A DNA stretch of 64,000 bases, taken from NCBI GenBank assembly GCA_038249665.1, contig JBBSDF010000006.1:17685-81684 (forward strand), written 5' to 3'. The notes below the pieces were generated by a model. The model was not told the DNA's origin, searched no databases, and saw nothing but the letters and a program-made list of their open reading frames with translations. Made by a program: the position numbers and the translations under genes. Below, piece by piece: positions 57,924-64,000 of this stretch (the first letter of the stretch is position 1; every line of letters starts with the position of its first letter). This DNA comes from Chitinophagales bacterium (GTDB taxonomy: Bacteria > Bacteroidota > Bacteroidia > Chitinophagales > Chitinophagaceae).

Positions 57924-60900
57924 TTAGAAGTCAAGGTTTAATCCTGCCACAAAAGTTCTTGGTCTTGGGTAGAAATTGTTATCAATCCCTCCGTTTACTT
58001 CTGGATCTGCTCCATTGTACTTAGTGATCACAAATGCATTTTGTACATTGAAATTAAAGCGCATACTGGCTTTGTCTTTAAACACTTTCCCAAAATCATA
58101 CCCAATATTGATATTGTCCATACGGAAGAAAGATGCATTTTGTACATAATAATCAGAATCAAAATAACGATCGCCATCCCCTTTAAAGCCAGATTCCAAT
58201 ACATTGGTAGAGCCATTGCTAAGGAAACCCAGAGGGTTCAAAATATTTCTTGTTGCACCTGTTCCAGAAGCAACATTGTTGTAAGCATAGTTACCCAATA
58301 CTGCTCTGGCGATGAAACCGAAATTCCAATTTTTGTAACCAACGTTACCATTGAAACCCAAGAATACATCGGCATTAGCGCTTTTGTATCTGTATTTGTC
58401 TCTGTCGTTGATGACACCATCTCTGTTCAGATCTTCAAATAAATTGTCGATTGGTTTGCCTGCTGCATCGTACACTTGTTTGTACACATAAAAGGCTCCT
58501 CTGTTAAATCCTACAGAGTTGATGAGGATGCTTCCACCTGTACCACCAGATCTTCCACCAAAACGCTGTCCTTCATAATTTGGATCTTCTGAGAAAGTCA
58601 ATTTGGTAATTCTGTTTCTGTTGTAAGTAACGTTGTAACCAAAATCTACTGTCCAGTCTTTTGTGCGAACTATTTGAGTGTTCATGGTAAACTCAATACC
58701 CTTATTTTCCATATTACCCACGTTGGATAAAATGATTGGAGCAAAGTTGGTACCTGCAGATTGGTTTACATCATTCAATAGATCCTTGGTTTCTTTCAAA
58801 TACGCATCAATGCTACCGGTGATCCTATTGTTGAAAAACCCGAAATCCAAACCAATATTACTGGTGGCTGTTTGTTCCCAGGTAAGTGTTGGATTGTAAG
58901 CAATCGGACGGTACATATTAAAGAACTGGTTACCTAGTTGATATTGTGCTGTTTGATTACTGATACCATAATTAGCAAGATAGGAGTAGTTGCCAATACC
59001 ATCCTGTTGACCAGTGATACCATAACTTACCCTGAGTTTCAAGTCTGAAATAGTACCACTGTTTTTCAAGAAATTCTCCTGACTGATTCTCCATGCAAAA
59101 CCTGCAGAATAGTAAGTGAGCCACCTGTTATCTGGATTCAATCTGGAGGAACCATCGGTTCTTACCATACCATTGAAGAGGTATTTTTCTTTGAAACGAT
59201 ATTGTAATTGCCCGTAGTAAGATATCAATCTATTTTGTGGACTATCAATGGTAAATGGAGGATCAGAGTTTATTTGTTTGCTACCATCAAAAAAGTAGTT
59301 CGCATAACTGTTGTTTATAGATAGGTTGTTGTAATAACCATAACCACCGGTCAGATCAATTACACTCTGTATACTTTTAAGCGATTTTGTATAATTAAGG
59401 TAAGTCTCGAAATAAGTATTTTCAATACGTTGCTTATAAAAATTTCTTTCCCCGCCTTTCAATCTTCCCAATTCATCAAAACCTCTGCGGTAAGACGTTT
59501 TGAAACTATCATTTACAACCACATCACCAGTACCCTTTGCTAAATCATAACCAGTGTTTACATTCACCCTTAATTCTGGCAAAAAGTGAAATTTATAATC
59601 TAACACAACATTTCCGATGCTGCGATTTACATTACTGTTGTTGTTTCTTGCCATTAAACTGCTGACAGGATTGTTAGGAGAAAGACCTCGTAAACCATTG
59701 GTTGCATTCGGATCAAGCCATTCCCAGTAACCTCCATATCTATTGAAACCAGTTCTTACAGGTTTGGTAGGATCGAAGTTCACGGCTGCTCCAATAGCAC
59801 CTTCATCAGCGAAGCGACTTTGACTATTGCTTCCTCTCAAGTTTAGGTCTACTTTCAGGTGCTCATTGAAAAAACTAGGACTTAAATTTACAGCTCCCGA
59901 AAAACGCTTTAAATCACTTGTTTTCAGCGTTCCTTCTTGTGCAAAATAACCTACAGAAACCCGGTAAGGTAATTTCACCTTACCATTTAGAGTACCACTC
60001 ACACTGATATTATTATCGGTACCCAGTGCACGTTGATAGATTTCATCCTGCCAATCTGTAGTAGCTGTTCCCAACAAAGCGATTTGTTGTGGAGTACCAT
60101 TGGCAGTTACAAAATCTCTGAACTGATCAGCGCTCAGTACGTCTATTTTTCTTGCTATTGATCCTACAGATGCGTTGGTATTAAAGTTAATCTTAGGACT
60201 TCCAGATTTGCCCTTTTTAGTTGTGATGATGATCACACCATTGGTGGCTCTTGATCCGTAAATCGCAGTCGCAGCGGCATCTTTTAATACAGTGAATGTT
60301 TCAATATCATTTGGATTGATCAATGAAAGTGCATTGGGTGAACCGGCAATACCGCCTCCACTCAATTGAACACCATCAATGATGATCAGTGGATCATTAC
60401 TGGCTGCCAAAGAAGATCCGCCTCTAATACGAATCGTACTTCCAGCACCGGGGGCACCACCGTTGTTTACGATGCTCACACCGGCTACTTTACCTAAGAT
60501 CAATTGTTCCGGCGTAGCAATAGCACCTTTTTGGAAGTCTTTGCTCGATACAGTTGTGGTAGCTCCGATCAGGTCTTTTTTACGAGCCGAACCGTAACCA
60601 ATAACTACCACTTCATTTAAATCGCCAGCAGAGGCTGTTAATACAACATCGTAGTTGATGCCGGTGCCAATGCTAACTTCCTGGGTGATGAATCCAACAC
60701 CTGAGAAAACCAATGAACGGGCTCCAGATGCTGTTTTGATAGAATAACTACCATCCGTATTAGTGGGGGTAGCGGTTTTGGTGCCTTTAACCGTAACCGT
60801 TATACCCGGTACAGGTTCACCATTTGCATCCATTACTTTACCTGTAACAGTCGTTTGTGCAAATGCTGCACCCGCTCCACAAATTAAAATAAGGAATACA

Positions 60901-60935
60901 CAAAGAGATTTAAAGAATAGTAGCTTCTTTCTCAT
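57924..60935 (-). CDS. susC: SusC family TonB-dependent transporter
   Basis: VVVIGYG, IRIRGGSSL, LKDAAATAIYGSRATNGVIIITTKKG, C-terminal YPRPRTFVAGLNLDF. Confidence 0.95.
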   Translation of the reverse strand: MRKKLLFFKSLCVFLILICGAGAAFAQTTVTGKVMDANGEPVPGITVTVKGTKTATPTNTDGSYSIKTASGARSLVFSGVGFITQEVSIGTGINYDVVLTASAGDLNEVVVIGYGSARKKDLIGATTTVSSKDFQKGAIATPEQLILGKVAGVSIVNNGGAPGAGSTIRIRGGSSLAASNDPLIIIDGVQLSGGGIAGSPNALSLINPNDIETFTVLKDAAATAIYGSRATNGVIIITTKKGKSGSPKINFNTNASVGSIARKIDVLSADQFRDFVTANGTPQQIALLGTATTDWQDEIYQRALGTDNNISVSGTLNGKVKLPYRVSVGYFAQEGTLKTSDLKRFSGAVNLSPSFFNEHLKVDLNLRGSNSQSRFADEGAIGAAVNFDPTKPVRTGFNRYGGYWEWLDPNATNGLRGLSPNNPVSSLMARNNNSNVNRSIGNVVLDYKFHFLPELRVNVNTGYDLAKGTGDVVVNDSFKTSYRRGFDELGRLKGGERNFYKQRIENTYFETYLNYTKSLKSIQSVIDLTGGYGYYNNLSINNSYANYFFDGSKQINSDPPFTIDSPQNRLISYYGQLQYRFKEKYLFNGMVRTDGSSRLNPDNRWLTYYSAGFAWRISQENFLKNSGTISDLKLRVSYGITGQQDGIGNYSYLANYGISNQTAQYQLGNQFFNMYRPIAYNPTLTWEQTATSNIGLDFGFFNNRITGSIDAYLKETKDLLNDVNQSAGTNFAPIILSNVGNMENKGIEFTMNTQIVRTKDWTVDFGYNVTYNRNRITKLTFSEDPNYEGQRFGGRSGGTGGSILINSVGFNRGAFYVYKQVYDAAGKPIDNLFEDLNRDGVINDRDKYRYKSANADVFLGFNGNVGYKNWNFGFIARAVLGNYAYNNVASGTGATRNILNPLGFLSNGSTNVLESGFKGDGDRYFDSDYYVQNASFFRMDNINIGYDFGKVFKDKASMRFNFNVQNAFVITKYNGADPEVNGGIDNNFYPRPRTFVAGLNLDF

Positions 60936-60962
60936 AATAGCAATCGTTAGGTTTAAAAAGAA

Positions 60963-60979
60963 TGTGTATTTTTTACACA
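60963..60979. promoter_or_regulatory. Candidate NrtR-family operator
   Basis: Palindrome TGTGTA-N5-TACACA containing the GT-N7-AC core of NrtR sites, 28 bp upstream of susC and adjacent to an NrtR gene. Confidence 0.65.
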
Positions 60980-61059
60980 AATTAAAGAAAATTTGATGAT
61001 ATTACTTTTTTGTTAAAGTTTTTTTAGAAAAAAATATTTAGAAAATCAACAATTACCAG

Positions 61060-61800
61060 CTAAAAAGCAATTCCAGTCCACTTTTTAGTACTTCGTTCAT
61101 ATTTAGCATAATCAAACCGATACAGCTTCCCTGGCCGATGAGGCACGTCTTTTTCAATTTCATTAAGGTCAACCAAAAAATCCATCGCAAAAAATTTCTT
61201 GCGAAAATTCCTTCGGTCGAGTTTGATATTGAGAATGGCCTCATACAGGTTTTGCAGTTCCCTCAATGAAAATTTATTTGGCAACAAACTAAAACCCAGC
61301 GGATGTTCTCTTACTCTTTTTTGAAGCTGGGAGTAGCTGGTTTCAAAAATTTTCTGATGATCAAAAGCCAGATCTGTAATAGAATCTACATCATGCCAAT
61401 GCAATTCATTGTCAAGTATATTTAGTTTGTGGTGCTGTACATTGATTAAAGAGCAATAAGCAACTGTTACCACCCTGCTGGCAGGATGTCGGTTTACTTC
61501 TCCAAAGGTTTGTACTTGTTCCAAAAACAAATCACGCAATCCTGTTCTTTGTTTCAAAATCCGATAGGCTGCTTCATCTAAACCTTCATCTGGTGAAACC
61601 AGATCTCCTAACAATGACCATTTATCCTGATATTTTTTTAGGTCAGACCTGATGAGCAGCACTTTTAATTTGTTTTCGTCGAATCCAAAAATCACACAAT
61701 CAACAGACAGCGCCACTTTATTGATGCTCTGTACCTCAGACTGTATGGTTTTAAAAGTTTTAATTTTATTCTGGGCAGCCTCTAACATATGTTCTACCAT
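61060..61800 (-). CDS. NrtR-family regulator (NUDIX + winged HTH)
   Basis: SVDCVIFG, WSLLGDLV, RVVTVAY, LAFDH..I, DRRNFRKK, HRPGKLY. Confidence 0.9.
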   Translation of the reverse strand: MVEHMLEAAQNKIKTFKTIQSEVQSINKVALSVDCVIFGFDENKLKVLLIRSDLKKYQDKWSLLGDLVSPDEGLDEAAYRILKQRTGLRDLFLEQVQTFGEVNRHPASRVVTVAYCSLINVQHHKLNILDNELHWHDVDSITDLAFDHQKIFETSYSQLQKRVREHPLGFSLLPNKFSLRELQNLYEAILNIKLDRRNFRKKFFAMDFLVDLNEIEKDVPHRPGKLYRFDYAKYERSTKKWTGIAF

Positions 61801-61826
61801 CTTGTAAGGGTTAATAATGAATAAAA

Positions 61827-64000
61827 TTAATTTACTTTTAGCACACGCAGGGTAGTTTTTTGCTCCTTGCTTTGCAATTGCAATTGGTAAGTACCCGATG
61901 CAAACTTTACAGCTTCTGGAATTTCATATACGTTTACGCCCGGTTGTACTTGCAAAGGTTGCTGATACAGTACCCTTCCGCTTAAATCAGTGATGGTTAA
62001 ATTTGCATTTATTTTTACTGCACTCGAAACCGAAATTTTCAACACGTCTTTAAACGGATTTGGAATCGCAGCCAGCGTTAAAGATTTTACGTTGCCGTTT
62101 AAACGGATGATACCACTGTAGCTGAATCTTCCATCGATGTCTACTTTTTTCAAACGATAGAAATAAACGGGTGATTTAGAAATATCCTTATCTGTAAAAC
62201 TGTAATTGCTGCTACCCGTAGCGTTGATCCTTCCTACGTAATTGAATGCAGTTCCATCAAAACTTCTTTCCAATTCATAGTGGCTCAAGTCAACTTCATT
62301 TTGAACTTCCCAACTGAGCAGGTTTTCAGTATTATTATTTCTTCCATTAAAGTTCACCAGCGTAACGGGTAACACCACATTGGAGCTAGTAAAAATCTTG
62401 AATTCTCCAGGGTTCAAAAAGAAAAATTGTGAACCTCCATTTGCGTTAAAGGTAGCGGGTGCGTTTAAGTATTCGTACCAGGTACCTGCCGTAGGGAAGG
62501 TAACATTGCCTCCGACTCCTGTTACGTCAAAGTTGCCGATGATGACCAGTTTACCGGTGCCACTATTGAGGGTCATCCATTTGAAGGAGCCACCAAAATC
62601 GCGGTTGATAAATCCTGTGGTGAATGCTTGTGCATACAAAGGATCGTTTCTCAATTGTAATACGGCCTTGTATACATTGTATAGATCTTTTCTACCATTC
62701 ACCTGCAAATAATCCCAGGTAATGGGTTTGGGGTCGGTGCGGCAATTAGTATTGTTAGTACCATTCTGACAATAATTGATTGAATAATCATACCCAAGTT
62801 CCCCAAACTGCCAGATCATTTTCGGTCCAGGCATGGTTAACAGGAAAGCGGCGCTTAAGGCAGCACGGTCCAAAGCTGTTTCAAAGTTTCTGGTATCATA
62901 ACCAGGTACCTGCCTTCCCGTACCCCGAACGTTTACCATCAATCGTTCTTCGTCATGACTTTCCAGGTAAGATATTAAATGTGGTTGCGCCCATCCTCTG
63001 CTAACGTGTAAAGCACCATTAAAATTAGAATTGCTGATCCAGCCTTGTGCAGCTTCAGAAAAATTATAGTGCATATTTCCCCATAACATCATGCCATAGT
63101 CGGCCAATTCTACTTCTTCACTGTTGTCTGCAAAATGTTCTAAAATAGTGTAAGAACCAGGTGATTTGAGTTGAAGGGTGTCGTGATATCTTTTCCAAAT
63201 GGCTACACGACTTGCATCGTAATTACTCCAATTTCCAGTGCTACAATTGCCGCCATTATTGTCACAGGTTTGAGTTTGCGTAAATCCTTTCGACAAATCG
63301 AATCGGAATCCATCCAATCGGTATTCTTGCAACCAATGCGTAACTACGCGGCTGGTAAAATATCTGGTGGCCATACTTTCATGGTTCATGTCGTAACCTA
63401 CGTTAAACCCGTGCTTTTGCACCTGATTAAACCAGGGGTTATTGGCAGCCGGGCGGTTATTGACCCCATCGAAATACATTTGTACCATCGGCGACTGTCC
63501 AAAGGAATGGTTCAGTGCAATGTCCAATACTACGGCTATTCCCCTTTTGTGGCAACTGTCAATAAATGCTTTTAATTCATTTTTTGGTCCGTAGTATTTG
63601 TCCGGAGCAAAATAATAAGAAGGATTATACCCCCAGCTAATATTGCCTTCAAATTCATTGAAGGGCAATAATTGAATAGTGTTGATACCAAGCTTTTTGA
63701 TGTAATTCAACGTATCGGTCAACGTTTTCCAATTAGGAGCTGCTAAAAAATCTCTGAGCAATAATTCGTAGATGATCAGGTTTCGCTTATCAGGTCTGGT
63801 ATAGTTGGTAGTTTGCCAAGTATAAGTTGGAGCGGCTGTTTGTAATATAGAAACAATGCCACTTGTTTTACCAACAGGGTAAGGTTTCAAATTGGGATAA
63901 GTGCTGGAGGTGATGAACTGATCGTTCCAGGGATCCAATACTTTTTCTGTATAAGCCTCTCCTATTCGTAGATTCCCATCTATTAAGTATTGGAAAGCAT
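61827..64000 (-). CDS. T9SS-secreted GH13 alpha-amylase/pullulanase-like enzyme (5' end lies beyond the window)
   Basis: WGYNP, GFRFDLSKG (nucleophile), ILEHF, ESHDE; C-terminal PNPF...GTYQL T9SS CTD; frame open to the window edge. Confidence 0.9.
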   Translation of the reverse strand, partial: AFQYLIDGNLRIGEAYTEKVLDPWNDQFITSSTYPNLKPYPVGKTSGIVSILQTAAPTYTWQTTNYTRPDKRNLIIYELLLRDFLAAPNWKTLTDTLNYIKKLGINTIQLLPFNEFEGNISWGYNPSYYFAPDKYYGPKNELKAFIDSCHKRGIAVVLDIALNHSFGQSPMVQMYFDGVNNRPAANNPWFNQVQKHGFNVGYDMNHESMATRYFTSRVVTHWLQEYRLDGFRFDLSKGFTQTQTCDNNGGNCSTGNWSNYDASRVAIWKRYHDTLQLKSPGSYTILEHFADNSEEVELADYGMMLWGNMHYNFSEAAQGWISNSNFNGALHVSRGWAQPHLISYLESHDEERLMVNVRGTGRQVPGYDTRNFETALDRAALSAAFLLTMPGPKMIWQFGELGYDYSINYCQNGTNNTNCRTDPKPITWDYLQVNGRKDLYNVYKAVLQLRNDPLYAQAFTTGFINRDFGGSFKWMTLNSGTGKLVIIGNFDVTGVGGNVTFPTAGTWYEYLNAPATFNANGGSQFFFLNPGEFKIFTSSNVVLPVTLVNFNGRNNNTENLLSWEVQNEVDLSHYELERSFDGTAFNYVGRINATGSSNYSFTDKDISKSPVYFYRLKKVDIDGRFSYSGIIRLNGNVKSLTLAAIPNPFKDVLKISVSSAVKINANLTITDLSGRVLYQQPLQVQPGVNVYEIPEAVKFASGTYQLQLQSKEQKTTLRVLKVN

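Noticed and set aside
4587-63575. Many 60-160 aa ORFs antisense to or overlapping long genes
   Set aside because: They are shadows of well-supported CDSs (smc, susC, caspases and others) with no motifs or independent expression signals.

Overview
Low-GC Bacteroidota chromosome segment, Chitinophagaceae-like (T9SS C-terminal domains, SusC/D PUL, TAnnTTTG promoters). Most of it is housekeeping and envelope genes: sdhC, murQ/GlcNAc kinase, S41 protease, cystathionine beta-synthase, fbaA, accD, smpB, sdaA, hutUH, smc, flotillin/NfeD, rluF, and a starch-type PUL with an NrtR regulator. The main find is the apparently empty 3.7 kb between cbs and a BtuF-like gene (about 9300-12960). It holds five tandem, same-strand, paralogous non-coding transcription units of about 330-680 nt, each with its own promoter and intrinsic terminator. 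They share a switch-like 5' helix, repeated AUCC motifs, a covarying stem/internal-loop module (7 copies), a covarying 3' domain, and an upstream palindrome at an identical distance in three units. This looks like an array of protein-sponge sRNAs, possibly with built-in attenuators (inference). The second highlight is a divergent seven-gene cluster (40940-53780) of envelope-targeted proteins: two caspase-family proteases, an M12 metalloprotease, an output-less CHASE2 sensor and uncharacterised partners carrying recurrent [S/T]-R-G linker motifs. Two pseudogenes missed by the ORF track (cupin, YceI) were also recovered. All family calls come from motif recognition by eye; no database search was run.
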